Shown here: one piece after another, positions 29,469 through 39,600 of the stretch
How positions within the stretch are numbered: position 1 is the first letter of the stretch
Layout of the letters: each line of letters begins with the position of its first letter
Virus record (IMG/VR): IMGVR_UViG_3300021505_000001
Location: 64,001-128,000 of that record
Length of the DNA: 64,000 nucleotides
Reading direction: 5' to 3' (one strand)
Source: a virus
Made by a program: the position numbers and the translations under genes
The notes under the pieces: generated by a model
Seen by the model: only the letters and a program-made list of their open reading frames with translations
Told to the model about the DNA's origin: nothing
Database searches by the model: none

Positions 29469-30223
29469 TAAATTAATCCTAAACCATCCCCATCATAATC
29501 TATAGCTATTGAGCTGATGATTCTATCTTTTCTTCTTTGTAAGCTTCTCGTTATACTTTCTGTGGCTGGAACATTAAATGATACAGAAAGTCCAGAAAGA
29601 GAAACACTTCTGATTCCTCCCTCTGATGAAAATGTATCTGATTGATAGATATGTAACATCATATTTATTTCAAAGAGTTCTTTAAATATTGTGATCATAT
29701 TAATAGGTATTTCATCAAGGGTAAAATACCTATTATACAATGCTACATATTTAATGTTTGGTTTCAGTTTTATATTTGTTCCACTAAGAAAATATTTGGA
29801 TACATGGGTATCAAAATATTCCTTTACAATATATAGACTTTCTTTTACAGCTAATGCCCCCTTTAATGACCCGCTTTGATATGCATAGGATAATGGAACT
29901 GAAGGATTTGAATATCCATAATGAGAATAGAAAAGAGTCCTCAATTCATCGACAATCAAATCCTTTTCACGTAGTATAATAAATTCCATAAAGTTTTCGT
30001 CAATGGTATCATAAACATTAACCAGGACATACTCATCATTTGGGTTAGCAGGGGGTGGTGAAGTAAATTCTTTCTCTTCAAGTATAGGTGTATTTTCAGA
30101 CATCTCATTCATCGTTAGTTGTGCGATGAAATTAAGCATATCTGTATACTTTGCTACATCTGTAATTTCAAAAGGTGGATGTTGAAGGAAATAATTTATT
30201 ACATCTTGAGCTGATAATGCCAT
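29468..30223 (-). CDS. Head-tail adaptor/neck protein candidate
   Basis: GIRSVSLSGLSVSF beta-hairpin followed by a C-terminal helix. Confidence 0.5.
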   Translation of the reverse strand: MALSAQDVINYFLQHPPFEITDVAKYTDMLNFIAQLTMNEMSENTPILEEKEFTSPPPANPNDEYVLVNVYDTIDENFMEFIILREKDLIVDELRTLFYSHYGYSNPSVPLSYAYQSGSLKGALAVKESLYIVKEYFDTHVSKYFLSGTNIKLKPNIKYVALYNRYFTLDEIPINMITIFKELFEINMMLHIYQSDTFSSEGGIRSVSLSGLSVSFNVPATESITRSLQRRKDRIISSIAIDYDGDGLGLI

Positions 30224-30250
30224 TTTAACTACCCGTTTTTTAAAGTGTTT

Positions 30251-30727
30251 TTAAATTCCAACATTTTCATTTTTTATTGGTTCATATGCCAAGTAACGAA
30301 TAAAATTCACAAAATCAATAAAATCTCCATAGTACATTCTTAGGCTACCAAGATAGTTACCAACATCTGAACCATAATATTTGTCTACTATTGGACTCAT
30401 TACCTTTACAATATTTTGTCTTGATGGAAGTTTTTTATTAAGCCAAACTTCAATAATCTCTAAATCAATATCCATTGATTCTACTATTTCTTTAGCTACT
30501 AATGAATCTATAGGAATATACTTTTTTAAATTGCCTTCAAAAACTATACGAACTTTTAACATAATAAGTTTTTTAGTTTCTAAAGCCTCTCTATTTGCAT
30601 GAGAAGTTCCTTTGTATAATCTTATAGATACAAGTTTTCTGTTAAGTTTATCTTCCTCAATCTTGATGCCAACATTCCCTTCAGGGATTTTAACATCTAC
30701 CTTTTCTTTTACTACATTTATAGACAT
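30251..30727 (-). CDS. Hypothetical protein
   Basis: ORF in late operon. Confidence 0.6.
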   Translation of the reverse strand: MSINVVKEKVDVKIPEGNVGIKIEEDKLNRKLVSIRLYKGTSHANREALETKKLIMLKVRIVFEGNLKKYIPIDSLVAKEIVESMDIDLEIIEVWLNKKLPSRQNIVKVMSPIVDKYYGSDVGNYLGSLRMYYGDFIDFVNFIRYLAYEPIKNENVGI

Positions 30728-30737
30728 ATAAATACCT

Positions 30738-31055
30738 TTACTTACTGTTCAGTAGTTTAGCATTTTTTATTATGGACATTATTTTATTAAATAACTGTTG
30801 TATTTTTTCAGAAACTTTGTTTGCTTCTTTTACTGTTGCTATACCTACCATATAGGAATAATTCTCTATATTTTCAACAACTACTTTTCCGTATATTAAT
30901 TTATTTTTGGAAGTCTTTGCAGACAGTTTTTCCAATGTAGGGGTTAAATATCTTGATACGGGAACTTTTACAAAAACCAAAATATAGTCTTTGTCCATTA
31001 ATTTTATCTCTATTTTTGCATTACTGTTAAGCATTTTTTCTAAAACTTTTTCCAT
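30738..31055 (-). CDS. Hypothetical protein
   Basis: AGGAG RBS. Confidence 0.6.
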   Translation of the reverse strand: MEKVLEKMLNSNAKIEIKLMDKDYILVFVKVPVSRYLTPTLEKLSAKTSKNKLIYGKVVVENIENYSYMVGIATVKEANKVSEKIQQLFNKIMSIIKNAKLLNSK

Positions 31056-31068
31056 TTTTTTAATCTCC

Positions 31069-32781
31069 TTAAACGATAGCTTTAACTGGGTTTACAATTA
31101 TAGCCCTATCCTCTCTCATAGAAATTATGTTTTGTTTTTTCACTGTTAATTTTATTGTATTTTCTCTTGGTTCCATATAAACAGCTTCTAATGGACGTGC
31201 TTTCCTATATAACTGTCCATCTAAAACTTCTTTTTTTGGAAGGGGTAAAAATACATCGATTTTATTACTATTTATTTTATCAGAAATATTATTTTTTGCT
31301 GTTACTATGAATTTAGCTAATTCATCTCCTTTCAAATTTATATAGTTACGTAATATTTTTATTATAATTATTGGGGTAAACACAGAAGGTTGTATATACT
31401 GTATTGTTTGATATGGTACATAATGGAGTTTTTCTACTTTAGCTATTAATAGCTGAAGTAGAAAATACTGTAGTGTGGGTTTAGAATTTTCTAACTGAAT
31501 ATTATAAATTTCATTTATACCATGTCCTATCTTTAATAGTTTACTATCAAATGTTGTCAATGAAGCCATTATATCTGCTGGTAATAAATGAATTGCTAAA
31601 CCACTAAGTAAAATCAATCCATCATTATAGTCAATTGATGAAGCTACTGATATTACCATATCTTTATAACGCAAAGCATTTTCTTTATGTAATGCAGCTA
31701 AAACACTTGCTTTATCAGAGGCGTCTAAATTTACATCGAACAATATTGTTTCAAGACTTTTGTTGTTTCTTTCTATTGAACTTATTTGTTTCCCTATTAC
31801 TGTATTTAAAGAATCAATAATTTCCGTGTAACGTTTTCCATCCATCCTTTTTAATATTAAGGCATGATATAGAGTAACGTTACGTTGGAAATTTGATAAA
31901 TCATCAGAAAGAGAAACATCTACAAGAAGTTTACCTAATAATGCTATCCAAAATTCTTTGTTTGCAAAGTAATTCTTTGGTAGAAGAGACAAATTATGTG
32001 TTACAAAGGATGCATCTTTTAAAGACTTAGAAGATATAAACTGAGATATAATACCAACTATTTTATTTGGATGAGGGTTTACATAATTAAGAAATTTTGA
32101 GAATTCATTTCCAAAATTAACTGGGTCTTTTATGTTAGACACTTTAAGTTTGTATGTTACAATATTTCCAAGTTCTTTATTTTCATGTGGTTCTTCAGGA
32201 ATAATATTATTTTCTATTAGTTCTTTAGTTTTTTCATAACCAATAATTTTAAAGGGTAATTTGGGAATTAAAGGAAAAGTCAAAGGCTCTACAGCTTGTT
32301 CTTTTACTTTTGTATTTCTTTTCTTACGTTTTAGCCCTTTTTGTTTTTTTGTTTTAGTTATAAGTTGAAAATCAGTTTTAGTTTTGCTGTTTTTAAAATT
32401 ATCACGTATTGTTTTTTGATAAACTTTATCCTGTGTTAGAACATAAGCATATGTCGCTTGGTTTAATCTACTGCGTTTCTCTTTGTGAGATGTTATGGCA
32501 TCAAATGTTTGGCTTCTTTTATGTATATTTTGCCATATATTACTATCTTTGGGAAAGAGTTTTCTAAGGTTTGTAATATCTTTTGTATTTACGGTCTGCT
32601 CTACTTTATCATAGTTGGGAATTCTTAACAAGTACGATTTGGCAGGAATCTCCTGAGCTTTCTTGATCATTTGCTGTAATTTTTCAGGACGAATGTAATA
32701 AGTCCTAAAAATTACACCTTTTCTTGGGTCAACAGCCCCTTTTAATACTGGTACTAAATATGTGCTTGATTTGAAAGGCAT
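31069..32781 (-). CDS. Basic hypothetical protein with N-terminal RTYY motif
   Basis: LVPVLKGAVDPRKGVIFRTYYI. Confidence 0.65.
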   Translation of the reverse strand: MPFKSSTYLVPVLKGAVDPRKGVIFRTYYIRPEKLQQMIKKAQEIPAKSYLLRIPNYDKVEQTVNTKDITNLRKLFPKDSNIWQNIHKRSQTFDAITSHKEKRSRLNQATYAYVLTQDKVYQKTIRDNFKNSKTKTDFQLITKTKKQKGLKRKKRNTKVKEQAVEPLTFPLIPKLPFKIIGYEKTKELIENNIIPEEPHENKELGNIVTYKLKVSNIKDPVNFGNEFSKFLNYVNPHPNKIVGIISQFISSKSLKDASFVTHNLSLLPKNYFANKEFWIALLGKLLVDVSLSDDLSNFQRNVTLYHALILKRMDGKRYTEIIDSLNTVIGKQISSIERNNKSLETILFDVNLDASDKASVLAALHKENALRYKDMVISVASSIDYNDGLILLSGLAIHLLPADIMASLTTFDSKLLKIGHGINEIYNIQLENSKPTLQYFLLQLLIAKVEKLHYVPYQTIQYIQPSVFTPIIIIKILRNYINLKGDELAKFIVTAKNNISDKINSNKIDVFLPLPKKEVLDGQLYRKARPLEAVYMEPRENTIKLTVKKQNIISMREDRAIIVNPVKAIV

Positions 32782-32814
32782 CTGTTTTCTTCTTTCACTT
32801 GGTTTTGTTTAAGT

Positions 32815-33066
32815 TTAAATTCCACAGAAAAATTGTTTGGCTGCGTTGGGGTCAATTCCCTGTTTAGCAAAATCATCATAATTATTGATTTCTTTAAGAT
32901 TAAGAGTGCCTTTTTCCAATTTCTTTGGAGTTAAAGTTTCTTTCTTTCCTTTTTTACGTCCTTTCTGTGGGTCAATATAATAAGTTCTTTCAAATGAGGT
33001 TTCTTTCTTTTTATCAAAAACTGTCTTTTTAATTGGAACAAGTTTTCCTAAATTTTTACGAGACAT
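32815..33066 (-). CDS. Small basic protein with RTYY motif
   Basis: Start moved to ATG 33066; LVPIKKTVFDKKKETSFERTYYI. Confidence 0.6.
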   Translation of the reverse strand: MSRKNLGKLVPIKKTVFDKKKETSFERTYYIDPQKGRKKGKKETLTPKKLEKGTLNLKEINNYDDFAKQGIDPNAAKQFFCGI

Positions 33067-33141
33067 TTTATAATACCCATTTTTTGTTTTTAATAGATTT
33101 CTTAGATATATATACAAATATTACTTTCCATAATTATATAA

Positions 33142-33164
33142 AATGTTTTATCCTATAAAACATT
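33142..33164. promoter_or_regulatory. Back-to-back divergent late promoter motifs
   Basis: AATGTTTTAT-CCT-ATAAAACATT between divergent operons. Confidence 0.7.
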
Positions 33165-33190
33165 AAAAAAACTTAAATAAGGAGGTTCCA

Positions 33191-33622
33191 ATGAAGGTTC
33201 AGCTTATTACAAATACTAAACAGTTATCTACTATGAAAAACTATCCTGAGAATGTAGGACATGTTTTTGCATCCAAAGGTGAGGACAAGATATTTCTTAT
33301 AACTCTTATTCCTGTAGCTGAGGGAACTTATGAAGTTAGAAGAATGCCAAAAGAAAAGGATTTTAAGTATTTTCTTAAAAAGGCACAAGTAGGAGAGATT
33401 TATGATTCTTTTGAACAATATCTTAAAGAAGTCCGTAATTTTGAAGTACTTACTTCTGAAGAAACAAAATTGTTGGAGAAATATAAGGTTGATATAGAAT
33501 TGAAGAAGGTAACATCTACAATATTTCATGCTTTGGATTGGACGGAAACAGTCAATTACAATATGGAACCAAAAAACGTAAATCCAACAATAGAAAAAGT
33601 AATGGAGGCTATTCATGGATAA
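33191..33622 (+). CDS. Hypothetical late protein
   Basis: AAGGAGG RBS. Confidence 0.65.
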   Translation: MKVQLITNTKQLSTMKNYPENVGHVFASKGEDKIFLITLIPVAEGTYEVRRMPKEKDFKYFLKKAQVGEIYDSFEQYLKEVRNFEVLTSEETKLLEKYKVDIELKKVTSTIFHALDWTETVNYNMEPKNVNPTIEKVMEAIHG

Positions 33623-34745
33623 GATACTTGTTTTTTTGGAAGATGAAACAACTCACCTTGAAGATGACAGAGTAGAAGAAAAATATGTTAGAAGAGGACC
33701 TTCTGCACATATTAAAAGAAGAATTCGTCCTGTAAAAATTTTACAGACTTCTAAAAAAGGGAATACTTTTTATAGAACTTATTATGTCGGTGATAAAAAA
33801 CACGAAAAGTACAGTCGTGAATTTATGCGTTCTGTACTAAGTGGAGAAAGGTATCCAAAATATATTGCTTATAATGCAAAAGCAGATGCTAAAATGAATC
33901 AATCAGAAGTTCCTAGAGAATTTAGAGATGTTCTTGATAAATGGTCAAATACACATGTCTTTGCATCTGGTATGGAACAAGCCTATACAGATTATCGTGG
34001 GCATCTTATTGATACAGAAGGAAGAAGATATATCCGCAATCCTGAAAATAATTCTGATAGGATTGTTTACAGTGATGGTTCTTTTATTGAATCTAAAATG
34101 AAAATGAGTCGTAATGATGATGGAGTAGATATACAATATAATAATCGTTATCGTTCATCTCAAGGAGTTGAAAGTAGAAGTAGTATATTAGCTACTGCTA
34201 AAGCAGAAGGAAACAGAAGAATTTTAGAGATTAAAAGTATAAATAACTATCATAATGAGGAACTAGGTTTATTCCTTACTAATATGGCAAAGAAATTTAA
34301 TACTATTAAATTTTCAAGTCAAACAAGACTTACTAATCCTGATACATTGTTTACATTATTACAAATGGGTATGAAAGCAGGTGATCGTCCGAGTAAATTC
34401 AATAAATTTAAAGGTTTTTTTACAGAGGGTTTAGAGAGTGCTGATGGAGTTAGTAATGGTATGAAAGCAAAGTTAAAACAAACAATAAATCAATCAAGAA
34501 ATATGGACGATTGGTTTTTCAGAATGGTAAAAAGTGGGATGACTGGGGAAGTACCTACTTGGGTAAAAAGTCAAGTTTTTGCTTATCTTGGTACAATAGG
34601 AGTTTCAAATTTTAAAATGGACCTTAATAAAGATAGAGCCAGTACTAAATCTTTAACTCAATTACACAGTTATATGTTACAAATAAGTCCAGATAATGAT
34701 TATCATAAAGGGTATATTCAATATAAAAAAGAAAGACATGCCTAA
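33615..34745 (+). CDS. Hypothetical protein with acidic leader and RTYY motif (internal head protein candidate)
   Basis: IRPVKILQTSKKGNTFYRTYYV; upstream of portal. Confidence 0.6.
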   Translation: MDKILVFLEDETTHLEDDRVEEKYVRRGPSAHIKRRIRPVKILQTSKKGNTFYRTYYVGDKKHEKYSREFMRSVLSGERYPKYIAYNAKADAKMNQSEVPREFRDVLDKWSNTHVFASGMEQAYTDYRGHLIDTEGRRYIRNPENNSDRIVYSDGSFIESKMKMSRNDDGVDIQYNNRYRSSQGVESRSSILATAKAEGNRRILEIKSINNYHNEELGLFLTNMAKKFNTIKFSSQTRLTNPDTLFTLLQMGMKAGDRPSKFNKFKGFFTEGLESADGVSNGMKAKLKQTINQSRNMDDWFFRMVKSGMTGEVPTWVKSQVFAYLGTIGVSNFKMDLNKDRASTKSLTQLHSYMLQISPDNDYHKGYIQYKKERHA

Positions 34746-34771
34746 ATTTAATAAGATACGGAGAGTAAATT

Positions 34772-36517
34772 ATGTTTTCAATGTTTAAAAGGTCTTCAAG
34801 TGAGGAATCTCAATCTCCAATTGAAATGAAATTGGATTTTGATAAATTACAAGATGACTTATTTAAAAATGGGTATACTAAAGAACAAGTAGAATCTGTT
34901 ATAGAAAGATTGGATGATAATCTTTCCGAAACTGTAAGTGAAAAACGAGTTTTAAGTTATGATGATTTTTTTGGTGCAGTTACACAAGCTATAGGAGGAA
35001 TATATGATATTCCAGGTAATAGATTAAAATTATGTGATGAAATAGATAACTTTGTAGACCAAAATCCTGAAGTAAGCAATTCAGTTAAACTTTATGCTTC
35101 CTATATTGTTTTTGGAGCTGCTGAAATAAAAATGGATGAATATGAAGTTGTTTTATCCGGTGATGATACAAATGTTGTTTCAGCGGCTTATGAATATATT
35201 GCTAAGTGGGAGGAACGTACTAAAATAAGACGTACATTTTTCCAAATAGCAAAAGATGTTGTTAAATATGGGGATGCTTTTTACGAAAAGATTCTTTCTA
35301 ATGACAGAGAAACTTTTGGTTTATTTTATATTCCTGCCAATACAATGTTAATAAAGTTAGATGAGTATGGACAACCTGTAAAATATTATCAAATCCTTGA
35401 TAATACTATTAAATTTGCAGATATGTCTGATATAACTCAGACACAGATACAGCAATTCATTACAGATAAAAAGGTTATAGAATTTGAACCCAATGAGATA
35501 TTTCATTTTAATGATGGAACTTCAATTGGTTTTTCAGATGCCCCTATTAGAAATTTAGTTGTTTTATGGAAATTTTTTAAACTATTAGAACAAGCGTTAA
35601 CAATTCATAGAGTAACACGGGCAAGGCGTTTTATTGTATTTTTCCTTGATGTAACAGGAAAAACAAAGAAACAAATACGTGAAAGTATTAGGAATTTTAC
35701 GAGAAAAATAAAACGGATATTTAATATCGATGTCAAAAGTGGAAGTCTTTATAGTAATCGTTCAACAGTAACTTCCTCTTCTGATTTAGTAATTCCTATT
35801 ACTAGTGAATCTAAAACAAAAGTTCAGACAATCCCTTCAGATCCTTCAGCTTCTAAAACAGAGGACTTATCCTTTTATCTTGAAAGACTTGTTACCAACC
35901 TTTTAACATCACACATTCTTTCTCCAAACAAAAGTGGAAAAGAAGAATATGTTGAAAAAGCTTTTCTAAGAATTGTAAAAATCTATCAGAAATTAATGTC
36001 TTATACAATTGAGGACATTTATCATGAAATTTTATATAGAAAGGGTTTTAAAGATGTAAGAGTATCAATTACCTTTCCAAATCCTGATATGAAAGAGGAA
36101 ATAAAGCTGATTGATACTATTGTGCGTAGGATGATGATAGTTAATCAAATGATAGCAACTCTTGGAGTGGTTCCCCCAAATAAATGGGTCGTAAAATATG
36201 TATTTAAAGATTTGAATTTTGCAGAGATAAATGAACTCACTCAAATGCTTGATTTTGAAAAAAAGAAACAAGAAAATGAAGCTGAAGGTGAGGAATCTCC
36301 TACTTTATTTGAAGAGGAAGAAGTACCTGAAAATACAACAGAATCTTTTAAATTTGATGAAAATGAGAATATATCAGATTTTCTAATATCAGATATGTCC
36401 AGTAGAATTAATGAAAAAAAGCAACACCAAAATTTATCAAATATAGAAAGAATAGAGAAAGCCATAAATATGTCTCTACGGTATCTTGAAATGCAAAATA
36501 AAAATAATACTCCTTAA
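34772..36517 (+). CDS. Portal protein (T4 gp20-like)
   Basis: KYGDAFYEK, IFHF, LEQALTIHRVTRARRFIVFFLDV resembling the T4-type portal motif. Confidence 0.8.
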   Translation: MFSMFKRSSSEESQSPIEMKLDFDKLQDDLFKNGYTKEQVESVIERLDDNLSETVSEKRVLSYDDFFGAVTQAIGGIYDIPGNRLKLCDEIDNFVDQNPEVSNSVKLYASYIVFGAAEIKMDEYEVVLSGDDTNVVSAAYEYIAKWEERTKIRRTFFQIAKDVVKYGDAFYEKILSNDRETFGLFYIPANTMLIKLDEYGQPVKYYQILDNTIKFADMSDITQTQIQQFITDKKVIEFEPNEIFHFNDGTSIGFSDAPIRNLVVLWKFFKLLEQALTIHRVTRARRFIVFFLDVTGKTKKQIRESIRNFTRKIKRIFNIDVKSGSLYSNRSTVTSSSDLVIPITSESKTKVQTIPSDPSASKTEDLSFYLERLVTNLLTSHILSPNKSGKEEYVEKAFLRIVKIYQKLMSYTIEDIYHEILYRKGFKDVRVSITFPNPDMKEEIKLIDTIVRRMMIVNQMIATLGVVPPNKWVVKYVFKDLNFAEINELTQMLDFEKKKQENEAEGEESPTLFEEEEVPENTTESFKFDENENISDFLISDMSSRINEKKQHQNLSNIERIEKAINMSLRYLEMQNKNNTP

Positions 36518-36554
36518 ATTAGTTCCCACCTGTAATAACTTCCTTATTGTTATG

Positions 36555-36592
36555 AATCAGCTTTTATATTTAAATATAAAAGCTGATTTTTT
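36555..36592 (+). terminator. 34-bp perfect palindrome plus T run after portal
   Basis: AATCAGCTTTTATATTTAAATATAAAAGCTGATT. Confidence 0.75.
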
Positions 36593-36635
36593 GTTTATTG
36601 TTGTATATAAATGTAAAGTTTAAGTTCATTAACAT

Positions 36636-36644
36636 TAAAACATT
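36636..36644 (+). promoter_or_regulatory. Late promoter motif TAAAACATT
   Basis: ~40 bp upstream of the Kelch gene. Confidence 0.65.
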
Positions 36645-36684
36645 CCAAAAAGAATATTATTTCTAAAAAATAGGAGTGCTTGTT

Positions 36685-39600
36685 ATGGCTGAAAGCCGTG
36701 TTTTAACAAATATACCGTATACAACACATAATTATAGTAATTATGATATTGTTACTGAAGAAACAAGAGATATTGTTGATGTTCCTTATTTTCCAGCTCA
36801 GAATTTAGTTGATGTTTCAAGGAAACTAAATCTCTATAATCCTATAGCTGATGTTTATGTTCCATTTATTGATGATTATGGACATGAGAGACTATTCGCT
36901 TTACTGTTTAGAAAAGATGCTCGATATCTCTTTGTAGAATTTGCTGATAATGCCCGTTATTTAAGTTATGCTTTTTCGGGTAATTCTTTTCCGCAGGGTC
37001 GTGAAGATACTTCATATACTTATGATGGACATAATTTCTATCTGTTTGGTGGTTTTAGTGATGGTAGATGTATGAACGACATGTGGGAATATGATCTCAA
37101 TTCAAATAGTTGGCGTATGGTCAATTTTTCAAATGTTGAAATTACAGCAAATGAAGCTCCTACAAGACGTAGAAAAGCAAGTATACTTAAAACACCTTCT
37201 AAATTATATTTGTTTGGTGGTGAGACAGATGTTTTATCTATAAATACAGCTAATACAGATTCCTTTATAGTACCTTTAAATGATATTTGGGTATATGACT
37301 TTGATTATGAAACTTGGACAAATTTTGATAAAAATAGAGAAATCCCTCATCGTCCTGGAAATATCATTTACGCTGACAGTGCAGTTATTAAGATTATTGT
37401 CAAAGGAGGTATTAATGAAATAGGTATTAATGAACCAACAGCTATATGGACTATTGATATTGCTACAGATGATGTTACAAGTCAGGTATTTTCTCCACCA
37501 TTTACACCATCATCAAATAATGTATGTCTGCTTGTTGACGGAAATTATTGTATATTAACTGATGGAGGAGATTTGTATAGATGGGATAATACAAATGGTT
37601 CCTTTCATCTTGAAAAAAGTAATGCTACTGCTGTAAATCCTATTACTAAACATTATTGGAAAATAAATATTATAGAAAAAGATTATGGTAATAATTCCAC
37701 AATGGGACATACTGATATTCAGATTGCTGAAGAATATCAATGGGATGATACACTTGTTTCTACTAGGGATATAAATCTTATTCCAAAAGGAGTTTCTATA
37801 TCCTCTATAAATGTTGGTAATCTTCAAACATTCTTTTATGGAGGAATGATCGATAACCAACATTTTAATGAATCAACTTATATATATAATCACACAACAA
37901 GAAGTGTAGAAAAATTAGATTTTGTACCAGAAGAAAGACCAACTGAAAGAGTATTTTCATCATTTGCTTATGATAAGTTTCGTGGACGTGTATGGTTATT
38001 TGGTGGATTTGATGGTTCAAAATACTATAATGATTTATGGTATTTTGATCTGGGTTTAAAGAAATATTTTAAGGTACATGATCAACTTGAAAATACAGAT
38101 GTGGATAATCCTAAATATCCTCAACCCCGATGGAAAGCAGGTATGGCTGTAGTAGCAGAAGATTATCTATATGTGATAGGTGGATATTCAGATGTTAGAG
38201 CTTTTAATGATTTTTGGATGTATCATATTCCAACTGGGGAATGGAAAAAAGAATATCCTGTAGATGATATTCCTTGGGGTTCTCAATATTTTATTTTTGA
38301 ATGGAGAGATAGGCTTTGGTTTTATAATGGACAAAAACTATATCGTTACTTTTATAAAATAAAACAATTTGTTGACCAACCATTTCTAATTCCAGATATA
38401 TACACAGATAATTCAACGAATCATAAAACGATTGTTGACGTAATTCAAAGTAAAGAATATCTTGACCCACCTATAGATGTTACTGTTACAAATGATGCTT
38501 TGTTTGTTCAGAATATTAGCAGTGGAAAAGGATATACTTTTCGTGTGGACTTAGAATCTCGTGTTCTTATGGATTTAAATTTTGATTTTGACTTTGATGA
38601 AAAAGTTTTATGGATGGATAGATACTATGGTGTAGGTGTTGGAAGTTTATCTGACTACTATATTAACGTTTCACTACTATATCCTCTTACAAAAAATCAA
38701 ATTCCAAATTCTTATTTCCATAGAGAAACAGATGAAATGCCTTTAAATGCTCTATGGTTTCAGGATTATTCAGTAGTATCCGGTGAAAATAAAGAATCCT
38801 ATATGGATAATGCTGGTATTTTTAGAATACAAAAAGAAACAATTAAATTAGATAAAGCTGAACTTCTTGTTGATAGAGAAATATCTGTAGCTGGAACAAA
38901 TGAATGGGTTCCAAATGTAAATTTTGATGACCCTGATGATGTTTGGAATGCAACTATAGACGTTATAACAAAACCAACATCTTATGTATATACACCATGG
39001 TTTTTATATCAAAAATATCTTCCACCTGGTTTTCCCTATAAGGGGGCACAAAAGGTTGTTTATAATAGTAGTGCCAAAAGGATATATATTATCTATAAAA
39101 ATGGTAATACAGTTAAATACAATCCATTTGATAATACTTTCTTTACATATTTTAGTAAAATATGGGAAGGCACTGCTATAGGATATAATGAAAAAATTAA
39201 TAAAATATATGCTTTTGGTGGCTTAAAAAATGATAGAAAAGTATATATGCAATCAGGTGTAGAATGGAATCCAGTTGTAATAGGACAAAAGAATGGACAA
39301 GGTTTTTCTGCTGTAGGAACAAAAGAAGAACAAAGTCATTGTGGTTTAATGGAATTTGACCTTAATATGAATGAAATGAACCTTGGTAGTATTGAAGGTT
39401 ATTTAAGAGAAAAAAAGGTTGCATCTGTTGACTATTCAGTGACTAAAGAATATCTAACAGAAATTGTTAGACATTATATTGAAGGTTACTCTCAGAATAT
39501 TATTCCTAATTCATTAGATGATATTAAACAGAAAATTTATCAGGCAACACAACCAATAGTAGATGATTTATCTCAGTTTGATTTTGCTTTTGAAAATGGA

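Noticed and set aside
30244-30253. Additional late motif (TAAAAACACT)
   Set aside because: Too divergent to distinguish from AT-rich background.
32781-32817. Readthrough fusion of the 33066 and 32781 genes
   Set aside because: Same frame, but separated by two TAA codons, and each has its own RTYY motif.
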